Positions 1-7,212 of a stretch of 11,803 bases of DNA are shown in pieces. The notes beneath the pieces are model-generated. The model was not told the DNA's origin and did no database searches. It saw only the letters and a program-made list of their open reading frames with translations. Made by a program: the position numbers and the translations under genes. Position 1 is the first letter of the stretch. Each line of letters opens with the position of its first letter. Origin of the DNA: an uncultured archaeon (lineage in GTDB: Archaea; Iainarchaeota; Iainarchaeia; Iainarchaeales; 0-14-0-20-30-16); the NCBI GenBank assembly GCA_964595665.1, contig CAZQQS010000020.1, positions 1 to 11,803 of the forward strand. The letters are read 5' to 3'.

Positions 1-1409
1 TGTCAGAAATTATTCAAAAAACACAAAATAAATATCTAATTAAGAAATCTGGACAAATGTTAACTGATTGCACCTTATTCTTAAATGAAAATCTTTTTAA
101 TCAATTAGAAAAAGAGGCAATTAATCAAATTAAAAATGTAGCTATGCTTCCAAGAATACAAGGAAATGCTTTAGCTATGCCTGATATGCATTCTGGCTAT
201 GGTTTTCCTATTGGAGGAGTTGCTGCATTCGATTTTCAAGAAGGAATAGTTTCTCCTGGTGGAATTGGCTATGATATTAATTGTGGTGTACGATTATTAA
301 TTTCAAATGTAGAATTAAAAGAAATTAAAAAAGATTTAAAAGAGATTTTAGATAAATTATTCAAAAATATTCCTTCTGGAGTAGGTTATGAAAATAAAGA
401 AAAATTATCTAAATCAGAATTATTTGAATTGAATATAGAAGGAATAGATTACGCAATAAAAAATAGTTTTGCAAATAAAAAAGATAAAGAATGCACAGAA
501 GATTATGGTAAATTAAAAGCATCAAATGATTTTTTATCACAAAAGGCAATTGCAAGAGCATTAGCGCAAGTAGGAACTTTAGGTTCGGGAAATCATTTTT
601 TGGAAGTGCAAGTAATAGATGAGATTTTTGATGAAGAATTAGCAAAAAAATGGAATTTGAAAAAAGGAAATATTGCTATAATGATTCATTCTGGTTCAAG
701 AGCTTTTGGACATCAAGTGGCAACTGATTTTGTAAATTTATTTAACACTTTAGAAAAGAAATATAAATTAGATTTCCCTGATAAACAATTGGCTTGTGTG
801 CCAATTCAAAGTAAAGAAGGTCAAGAATATTTATCAAGTATGAATGCTGCTGCAAATTATGCATATGTTAACAGACAAATAATGACTTTTAAAGTAAGAG
901 AAGTTTTTGAAGAGTATGGAATTAAATTAGATTTGCTATATGATGTTTCTCATAATATTGCTAAAAAAGAAACATATAAAATAGATAATGAATTAAAAGA
1001 AGTTCTGGTACATAGAAAAGGTGCAACAAGAGCTTTTGCAAAAGGAAATAAATTATTGCCTGAAAAATATATTAAGACAGGCCAACCAATAATCTTGCCA
1101 GGAAGTATGGGCACATATTCTTATGTTTTAGTTGGTAATAAAGCAGAAGAATTATCTTTTGGTTCTGTATCTCATGGTGCTGGCCGAGTAATATCAAGAA
1201 GTAATGCAAAGAATTCTTTAAGTTATGATTCTGTAATAAAAGAATTAAATGATAAAAATATTTTAATAAAAACAAATAGTAAAAGGGGTTTAGTTGAAGA
1301 AGCACCTCAAACCTATAAAGATGTAACTGAAGTTGTAAAAGTTTTAGAAAAAAATAAATTAGCAAAAGTTATTGTAAAATTAAAACCAATTATGGTGATG
1401 AAAGGTTAA
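1..1409 (+). CDS. rtcB: RNA-splicing ligase RtcB (3'-phosphate/5'-OH RNA ligase), 5' end truncated by window edge
   Basis: Frame 3 is open from nt 3 to the TAA at 1407-1409. The residues before the listed ATG at 57 (SEIIQKTQNKYLIKKSGQ) resemble the N-terminal segment of archaeal RtcB (Pyrococcus RtcB has ..IDKIRWEIPKFDKR.. before the equivalent Met, from memory). ATG 57 is therefore probably internal, and a few codons lie upstream of the window. All RtcB active-site motifs are present: MPDMHSGYGFPIGGV, GYDINCGVR, GSGNHFLEVQ, HSGSRAFGH, VSHNIA, PGSMG and SHGAGR (the guanylylated His). Confidence 0.96.
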   Translation, partial: SEIIQKTQNKYLIKKSGQMLTDCTLFLNENLFNQLEKEAINQIKNVAMLPRIQGNALAMPDMHSGYGFPIGGVAAFDFQEGIVSPGGIGYDINCGVRLLISNVELKEIKKDLKEILDKLFKNIPSGVGYENKEKLSKSELFELNIEGIDYAIKNSFANKKDKECTEDYGKLKASNDFLSQKAIARALAQVGTLGSGNHFLEVQVIDEIFDEELAKKWNLKKGNIAIMIHSGSRAFGHQVATDFVNLFNTLEKKYKLDFPDKQLACVPIQSKEGQEYLSSMNAAANYAYVNRQIMTFKVREVFEEYGIKLDLLYDVSHNIAKKETYKIDNELKEVLVHRKGATRAFAKGNKLLPEKYIKTGQPIILPGSMGTYSYVLVGNKAEELSFGSVSHGAGRVISRSNAKNSLSYDSVIKELNDKNILIKTNSKRGLVEEAPQTYKDVTEVVKVLEKNKLAKVIVKLKPIMVMKG

Positions 1410-2180
1410 TTAAATATTTAATACATCTGGTTTTTTGAATTTAGAATATCTTTTTCTTAATTGTTCTAAAATAAATTCTCTAGAATTAGGATTTTTAATT
1501 CGTTCTAATAAATAATTTACTGCTCCTGGTCTCAAAGAGGATAAATTTGCAATTATAGGGTATGTATGTGCTTGTAATAATTCCAAATATTTTTCAGGTT
1601 TATTTCTACAAACCATCCAATATAATACTTGCTGATCAATATCCATAGGATACATTTCTTCTACATCTATTCTTTTTTCAGCAAAATCGTTTGTAGGAAT
1701 TAAATCGTGATTTATTAATTTAGCCCAATAATCCATTAATTGTTCTAGCTCTTTATTTGATAATTCTTCAAATTTAAAGCTCTTAGTTATTCCTGGTTTT
1801 TTTTCTGTTCCCACATATTTACTATATATTTTTATTTGACCATTTTCTGTTTTAGCATATAATGTTCCTAAAGGAATTCCTGCTCGTTTAATAACTTTAA
1901 TTACATGATTATGAATATCAACTAAAGTATTTGGTGTATCTCTTAATCCTAATTGTCTTACATATTTCCTAAATAATTGTATTGTGCCAGAAGGCGTATT
2001 AAAATCAATTACCTTTTCAGCTACATGTAAATTAGAATTATTTGATAACTTAAAAGAATGTCTATATAATCTGGAAGCGGTTCTAGATACATTAAAATCA
2101 GTTCTTATTTCTCCAGTAGGAGTTACACTTACAACTCTATTTCTTAATTCATGTAATCTTAATTTTCTCGGAATAGGCAT
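1410..2180 (-). CDS. hypothetical protein, 256 aa, Arg/Lys-rich N-terminus, no family recognised
   Basis: A long ORF in a genome where stop codons are frequent, with non-repetitive globular-looking composition (unlike the Leu/Ile-rich antisense ORFs). The ATG at 2180 lies 26 nt from a TATA-like box. There is no TM segment, no Walker motif and no SAM or nuclease motif I can name. The C-terminal stretch TYPIIANLSSLRPGAVNYLLERI could be a helix-turn-helix, but this is weak. Confidence 0.7.
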   Translation of the reverse strand: MPIPRKLRLHELRNRVVSVTPTGEIRTDFNVSRTASRLYRHSFKLSNNSNLHVAEKVIDFNTPSGTIQLFRKYVRQLGLRDTPNTLVDIHNHVIKVIKRAGIPLGTLYAKTENGQIKIYSKYVGTEKKPGITKSFKFEELSNKELEQLMDYWAKLINHDLIPTNDFAEKRIDVEEMYPMDIDQQVLYWMVCRNKPEKYLELLQAHTYPIIANLSSLRPGAVNYLLERIKNPNSREFILEQLRKRYSKFKKPDVLNI

Positions 2181-2200
2181 ATTAAAATAATATAAGAAAT

Positions 2201-2210
2201 ATTTATATAT
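2201..2210. promoter_or_regulatory. candidate shared bidirectional TATA box
   Basis: ATTTATATAT sits at the exact centre of the 51-bp divergent spacer 2181-2231. It is about 26 nt from the ATG at 2180 (- strand) and about 26 nt from the ATG at 2232 (+ strand). Neither start has a Shine-Dalgarno, which fits leaderless archaeal transcripts. TATA-like strings are common in this AT-rich DNA, so the call is tentative. Confidence 0.35.
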
Positions 2211-2231
2211 TCTATATTGTTATTTATATTG

Positions 2232-3146
2232 ATGGAAACTGTTTTGCAAATAAAGAATTTAAGAAAGAGCTTTGGTAAAAAACAAGTATTAACTGGCGTA
2301 TCTTTCGATGCTTATGAAGGACAATGTATTGGTTTATTAGGTCCAAATGGAGCAGGTAAAAGTACAGTTTCAAAATTAATTACAAAATTAATTGATAAAG
2401 ATGAGGGTAAAATTCTAGTTTTAAATAAAGATCAAGATAAAGATTTTCAAGAAATTAAGAAATATATTTCTTTAGTTCCTCAAGATTTTGCATTTTATTT
2501 TGAATTAACTGTAAAAGAAAATTTAGAGTATTTTGCAAAAGCATATAATGTAAAAAATTCAAAAGAAAGAGTTTTAGAAGTTATTAAATTATTAAACTTA
2601 TCGAAATTTACAAATACCCTTTCTGGAAAAATGTCTGGAGGGTATAAGAGATTATTAAATATTGCTGTTTCTTTAATTCACGATCCAAAATTAATTTTAT
2701 TAGATGAACCAACAGTAGCTTTAGATGCAGATATGCGAATTAAAGTTTGGGAAGTAATTGAATTATTAAAGAAACAAGGTAAAACATTAATTTTAACAAC
2801 ACACTATTTAGATGAAGCACAAAGATTGTGTGATAAAATCGCAATATTAAAAGATGGTAGAATTATTTTATTTGATTCGCCTAAAGGCATACAAGAAAAT
2901 TTTGCAGGCAATACTACGATAAAATTAGTTTTAAAAAGAGAATTAACAACTAAGACAAAAAGTTTATTAGAAAAGAAATTTAAGTGTGAGTTTTTAGAGA
3001 ACCATATAAACTTAATAACTAAATCTAATAGTCTTTTAGATGCAATTACTGAGATAAATATTTTAGTTGGAAAAGAAAATATTAAATCTTTAGATATTTT
3101 GATACAAACTTTAGAAGATGCATTTGAAAATATAATTAAGGAATGA
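2232..3146 (+). CDS. ABC-2-type (DrrA/CcmA-like) transporter ATP-binding protein
   Basis: Motifs present: Walker A GPNGAGKST, Q-loop LVPQD, a degenerate signature MSGGYKRLL, Walker B LILLDEPTVALD and H-loop TTHYLDEA. A C-terminal extension of about 85 aa is typical of this subfamily. I prefer the ATG at 2232 (METVLQIKNLRKSFG, a canonical ABC N-terminus) over the TTG at 2217 in the ORF track. The TGA stop at 3144-3146 lies 4 nt before the permease ATG. Confidence 0.93.
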   Translation: METVLQIKNLRKSFGKKQVLTGVSFDAYEGQCIGLLGPNGAGKSTVSKLITKLIDKDEGKILVLNKDQDKDFQEIKKYISLVPQDFAFYFELTVKENLEYFAKAYNVKNSKERVLEVIKLLNLSKFTNTLSGKMSGGYKRLLNIAVSLIHDPKLILLDEPTVALDADMRIKVWEVIELLKKQGKTLILTTHYLDEAQRLCDKIAILKDGRIILFDSPKGIQENFAGNTTIKLVLKRELTTKTKSLLEKKFKCEFLENHINLITKSNSLLDAITEINILVGKENIKSLDILIQTLEDAFENIIKE

Positions 3147-3150
3147 TTTT

Positions 3151-4941
3151 ATGTTATCGTTGATTAAAAAAGAATTGAAAGTTTTATTTTCTAAAAAAAC
3201 ATCTTTGGTAATTTTGATATTATATCCTATAATTTTATTAACTTTGTTGGGCATAGGATTTGATAAACAAAATGTAAGTTTGGATGTAGGTATCGCTGGA
3301 ATGAATAATTTTGATTCTAATTTAGTAAATTCTGGATTTAATGCTTTTGGAGTTAATCCAATATCAATAGATTCTAATAGTTCTTTAACCAAAGCATTTT
3401 TGATTTCTCCAATATATATTATATTCAAACCTTTAGAATTGGGAACCTATTCTGCGAGTATTTTTTATGAGAATTTAGACTTTTTTGTTGGGCAAGGTGG
3501 TTTACAACTTTCCGAGAATTCATTATTATATTTATCTAATAAAATAACATTTGAGAAAATAAATTATATTTTAGATCAAATAAATGATTTGCGAGATTTA
3601 TTAATATCTCAAAAAGAAAAACTAATTGAATATGAAGTTATGTTAGATGAAACTTCTAATCAATTAATTGACATAAATAATAAGTTATCAGATATAAATT
3701 TTATTGACTTAAATAATACTTTAGAAAATAAAAAAATTGATTTAACAGAAATATCTGGAAAATTAAACAATTTGGAAGACGATAAAAATTTATTGTTAAA
3801 TGTTTATGAAACTAATAAAGAGTTAATTAAAACTATAGATAATCTATATTTTAGTTTAAATAATTTTAATGTAAATGCAAGTAATTTTAAAAAAGATTTA
3901 ATAGTATTATCTATTTTATTGCCTCAATTAGACGCATTAGGTTTGGATTATAATGTTGATGTTAATTCTTTAATTACTGATTTAAATGTTTTTACTTCTG
4001 ATTATGACGATTTATTAAATCAATTAAAAGATGTAAATACTACTATACATACTTCAAACAATGGTTTGGAAAGTTTTATTTTAGACTTTAATTCTACTTT
4101 TGAATTAATTAAATATAATGTTGAAGATACAAATATTTTAATTTATGATTTGCAAGAAAAATTAGCAGTAATGGAAATAGATTTCAATTATGCACAAACA
4201 ATGCTAAAAGATAGTTTAATAAAACAAGAGTTAATAAAACAAGATTTGAATTCTTCAATAACAATATTAGATTCTTTAATTTTAGATTTAGCTCCAGAAA
4301 ATTTTGATGCAGAAGCAATTTCTAATCCTATAAAAATAGATAAAAAATCGAGTTATGAATTTTTAACTTCGAGAGATATTGCTTTAATCTTTGGAATGGT
4401 TTTGGTTTTGTTATTTAATTCTATTTTGTTAGTAAGTGTTGCTGGAGTTAAAGATAAAACACAAGGTATAGATGTTCGAGAGAAATTAAGTTCAAGAAAT
4501 AGATTTTGGTTCTTATTTGGAAGATTTTTAGCTCAAAGTTTAGTTGGATTAATTACTGCAATAATCATGTTGATTTTTGTAATATTTGTTTTTAATTTCC
4601 CAATATTGAATTTTGGCTTTGTTTTATTGTATTTATTGTTGTCTATATTTGCATTTGTTGCAATTGGTTTATTTATAAGTATTTTTGTAGATAATGAAAG
4701 TATTGCTATATTAATTTCTTTGTTAATAGCGATGCCTATGTTATTTTTATCAGGATTAATTTTACCAACATATTTTATGCCCGAGTTCTTATCAATTTTT
4801 GCAAATATCTTGCCTTTAACTTTAGCTAAGAATGCAATCTTGCATAGTTTAGTTGGCAAGGATAGTTTGATTTATTTAATAGGTTTATTAATCTATATTT
4901 TTGTATTTTTAGGTTTAGTATATTTATTTAGGAAAAGATAA
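3151..4941 (+). CDS. ABC-2 family permease with large coiled-coil extracytoplasmic insertion (YhgE/Pip-like architecture)
   Basis: The N-terminal TM helix (TSLVILILYPIILLTLLGIGF) is followed by a hydrophilic region of about 370 aa (nt ~3262-4377). That region is rich in N/D/L/I/K with heptad-like periodicity (nt ~3560-4300). Five or six C-terminal TM helices follow (from IALIFGMVLVLLFNSILLVSVAG onward). An AAGGAA RBS at 3138-3143 lies 7 nt upstream of the ATG, and the gene is coupled to the upstream ATPase. Confidence 0.85.
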   Translation: MLSLIKKELKVLFSKKTSLVILILYPIILLTLLGIGFDKQNVSLDVGIAGMNNFDSNLVNSGFNAFGVNPISIDSNSSLTKAFLISPIYIIFKPLELGTYSASIFYENLDFFVGQGGLQLSENSLLYLSNKITFEKINYILDQINDLRDLLISQKEKLIEYEVMLDETSNQLIDINNKLSDINFIDLNNTLENKKIDLTEISGKLNNLEDDKNLLLNVYETNKELIKTIDNLYFSLNNFNVNASNFKKDLIVLSILLPQLDALGLDYNVDVNSLITDLNVFTSDYDDLLNQLKDVNTTIHTSNNGLESFILDFNSTFELIKYNVEDTNILIYDLQEKLAVMEIDFNYAQTMLKDSLIKQELIKQDLNSSITILDSLILDLAPENFDAEAISNPIKIDKKSSYEFLTSRDIALIFGMVLVLLFNSILLVSVAGVKDKTQGIDVREKLSSRNRFWFLFGRFLAQSLVGLITAIIMLIFVIFVFNFPILNFGFVLLYLLLSIFAFVAIGLFISIFVDNESIAILISLLIAMPMLFLSGLILPTYFMPEFLSIFANILPLTLAKNAILHSLVGKDSLIYLIGLLIYIFVFLGLVYLFRKR

Positions 4942-7182
4942 TTAGTAATCAAATAATCCTTTTTGTAATTTAGCTTCTGTTTTAATTTTTTTATTTGTTA
5001 CTTTTAATGTTGCTTTTGATTGGTCTTTTTTTAATAATTTTTTTTCATTGTTTTCTTTTGGGATAAAAACAGAGTTAATATCAAATTCAACTTTTAAATG
5101 TTCTAAAAGTTTTTGTGCAACTTTTAATCCCAAAATGTTAATTAACATTTGTGGATCAGAATTTTTAATATCATAAATAGTTTTAAATTTATTAGTATAT
5201 AGTTTACGTGCTCTTGCTCTTCCAATATTTGGCAATTCAATTAATAATAATAATTCTTCTTTAATTCCTTGTTTAATTCTTTTTTGGATTTTAATTGCTT
5301 GTTTTGTAATTATATCTTTATTTAATATTTTTGCTAATTCAGAAATTGCATAAGCAATCCATTCTGCAATAAATACTTTATTATGAAGTATTCCTGGTAA
5401 TAAATTATAATTGTCTAACAAATCTTGTTCTGAAGTTTCACTAATCCATTCTAAAAATATTTTACAAGTAAAATATTTTTCTAGGATTTCATAGTCATCA
5501 TATAATTCTGCAGAAAATAAACCAAATTCTTTATAATTTTCTTGCAAGTCTAATTCCAAATCTTGTTGTTTAGTTTTAGAAGGCATAATCCAAGGCCTTA
5601 ATTCTAATGTATTAACAATTAACATTAATAGTTCTTTATCTGTTAATTCATCAAATACATTTAATTTTGTAATTATATTATTTGCACTTAAAGGATCAAT
5701 ATACAATTCTGAAACTCTTCTTCCCAATTCAGTTATTTTTACAAATTTATTTTCTATTCTTATAAAATTATATAATTCCAATTCTCTTAATATTGTTTCT
5801 ATTTTATAAAATAAATTATTTAAATCTTGAAATCTTATTGCATAAAAAGTATTTTTGAAGAATTTTTCTAATGATTCATCATTATAAATAAATTCATTTG
5901 CAATTAAAGATAAAATCATTGTTCTCAATGTTGGGATATATCCTAATTGTGAATCTACTTCTTCTGGAGAAGCATTTACATATCTTTCAAATAAGGATTC
6001 TACATCTAATTCATCCTTTGCAATTAATAAAGATTCTCCTTCGTTATCCAAACCTTTTCTTCCAGCTCTTCCAGACATTTGCAAATATTCTTTTATTGGA
6101 ATTGGGTGCATTCCAGAAGCTCCATGTCTATAGGTAGTATGGATGATAACTCTATATGCCGGTAAATTAACTCCTGCAGCCAATGTTGGAGTACTTACTA
6201 TAATTTTTATGTGCCCTAATTTAAATAATTCTTCAATACTATTTCTTAATGGTTCTCTTAATCCTGCATGATGAAATGCAATGCCATTTAACATATTATT
6301 AACAGTTTCTCTATCATAATCTGTTTGAATGTAATTATCAATTTCATTAATTGTTTTTGCGATTATTTTCTTATTTTCCAAAGATAAATATTTTTTAGTA
6401 ATATTTTGTAATTTTTTTGACAACCCTTCAGATGTTTTTCTTGTGTTTGTAAAAATCAATGCTTGTTTATTTTTTTCTAAAGTATCAAAAACAATACTTT
6501 CTAAAGATGAATTTTTTGTTTCTATTAAATATTTTCTTTCTTGCAAAGTAATTTCATTATCTAAAATAACTCCCTTATCTAATTTTACTGGCCTATATTC
6601 TGAATAAATTAATTTTGCATTTAACCAAGAGGCTAATTCTTTGGCATTTGGAATCGTAGCGCTTAATCCTATAACTTGCAAATTTTTTATAGTTAACATT
6701 AATTCTACAATTATTGTTTCTAATGTTGCACCCCTATCTGAATCTATATTATGAATTTCATCTATTACAATTAATCCTAAAGTGTGTAACCAAGATGCTT
6801 TATGCCTTATTAAAGAGTCTAATTTTTCAAAAGTTAAAAATATTATTTGATAATTTTCTAAATACTTTGCACTCGAATCCAAATCTCCTGTTGATAAACC
6901 TATTTTCAAATCAAAACTTTCATACTTCTTTTTAAAATTCTTATAATGTTCAAAAGTTAATGCTTTTAATGGAGAAATAAAAATAACTCGTTTTCTTTTT
7001 TCTAAAATAGTATTTAGCATGTAAATTTCCGAAACTAATGTTTTTCCAGAGCTTGTTGGACTAGATATAATTAGATTTTTATCACAATATTCTTCATTTA
7101 ATGCCAAAATCTGCATTTCATTAAAATCAGGTATATTATATAATTCTTTAACCTTTTGCAATAGCTCTTGAAAATTAGACAT
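4942..7182 (-). CDS. hel308: Ski2-family DNA helicase Hel308/Hjm
   Basis: Motifs present: Q-motif region FNEMQILAL, motif I SSPTSSGKT, motif II VIDEIH (DEIH), motif III LSAT and motif VI QMSGRAGR. The length and order fit RecA1-RecA2-WH-ratchet, followed by a helix-hairpin-helix domain 5 (LPNIGRARARKLY). A Lys-rich tail of about 40 aa ends in QKGLFDY. Confidence 0.93.
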   Translation of the reverse strand: MSNFQELLQKVKELYNIPDFNEMQILALNEEYCDKNLIISSPTSSGKTLVSEIYMLNTILEKRKRVIFISPLKALTFEHYKNFKKKYESFDLKIGLSTGDLDSSAKYLENYQIIFLTFEKLDSLIRHKASWLHTLGLIVIDEIHNIDSDRGATLETIIVELMLTIKNLQVIGLSATIPNAKELASWLNAKLIYSEYRPVKLDKGVILDNEITLQERKYLIETKNSSLESIVFDTLEKNKQALIFTNTRKTSEGLSKKLQNITKKYLSLENKKIIAKTINEIDNYIQTDYDRETVNNMLNGIAFHHAGLREPLRNSIEELFKLGHIKIIVSTPTLAAGVNLPAYRVIIHTTYRHGASGMHPIPIKEYLQMSGRAGRKGLDNEGESLLIAKDELDVESLFERYVNASPEEVDSQLGYIPTLRTMILSLIANEFIYNDESLEKFFKNTFYAIRFQDLNNLFYKIETILRELELYNFIRIENKFVKITELGRRVSELYIDPLSANNIITKLNVFDELTDKELLMLIVNTLELRPWIMPSKTKQQDLELDLQENYKEFGLFSAELYDDYEILEKYFTCKIFLEWISETSEQDLLDNYNLLPGILHNKVFIAEWIAYAISELAKILNKDIITKQAIKIQKRIKQGIKEELLLLIELPNIGRARARKLYTNKFKTIYDIKNSDPQMLINILGLKVAQKLLEHLKVEFDINSVFIPKENNEKKLLKKDQSKATLKVTNKKIKTEAKLQKGLFDY

Positions 7183-7203
7183 ATATATTAATTATTAAAA
7201 GGG

Positions 7204-7211
7204 TTTAAAAG
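7204..7211 (-). promoter_or_regulatory. candidate TATA box for a leaderless hel308 transcript
   Basis: The minus strand reads TAA-tCTTTTAAAcccttttaataattaatatat-ATG. The CTTTTAAA box is centred about 26 nt upstream of the hel308 ATG (7182), and there is no Shine-Dalgarno. The whole spacer to the upstream ATPase stop is only 30 nt. Confidence 0.3.
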
Positions 7212-7212
7212 A

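Noticed and set aside
409-1365. Two minus-strand ORFs (409-645 and 1072-1365) inside rtcB
   Set aside because: Both lie entirely antisense to a motif-verified RtcB frame. Their translations are Leu/Ile/Phe/Tyr-rich low-complexity strings typical of the antisense of AT-rich genes, and neither has an RBS or promoter.
1984-2190. Plus-strand 68-aa ORF overlapping the 5' end of the 256-aa gene
   Set aside because: It is antisense to the longer, better-formed ORF and runs into the divergent promoter. It has no RBS and no recognisable features.
2217-2231. TTG start for the ABC-2 ATPase as listed in the ORF track
   Set aside because: The ATG at 2232 gives the canonical ABC N-terminus (METVLQIKNLRKSFG) and lies 26 nt from the central TATA element. 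The five extra residues (MLFIL) have no supporting signal.
3111-3428. Minus-strand 105-aa ORF across the ABC-2 ATPase/permease junction
   Set aside because: It overlaps two motif-supported, translationally coupled genes on the + strand, and nothing in the sequence supports it as an independent gene.
4533-4859. Minus-strand 108-aa ORF inside the permease TM region
   Set aside because: It is antisense to the TM-helix-encoding part of the ABC-2 permease. Its Lys/Asn/Ile-rich translation is the mirror of Phe/Leu/Ile codons.
5898-6935. Two plus-strand ORFs (5898-6137 and 6714-6935) inside hel308
   Set aside because: They are antisense to helicase motifs I-VI and give low-complexity Leu-rich translations.
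4942-7182. The helicase as part of a defence system together with the adjacent ABC ATPase
   Set aside because: It has the full housekeeping Hel308/Hjm architecture (Ski2 motifs, ratchet region, HhH domain 5, clamp-binding-like tail). The neighbouring ATPase has a clear transporter-type (LolD/MacB) sequence with a cognate permease nearby.
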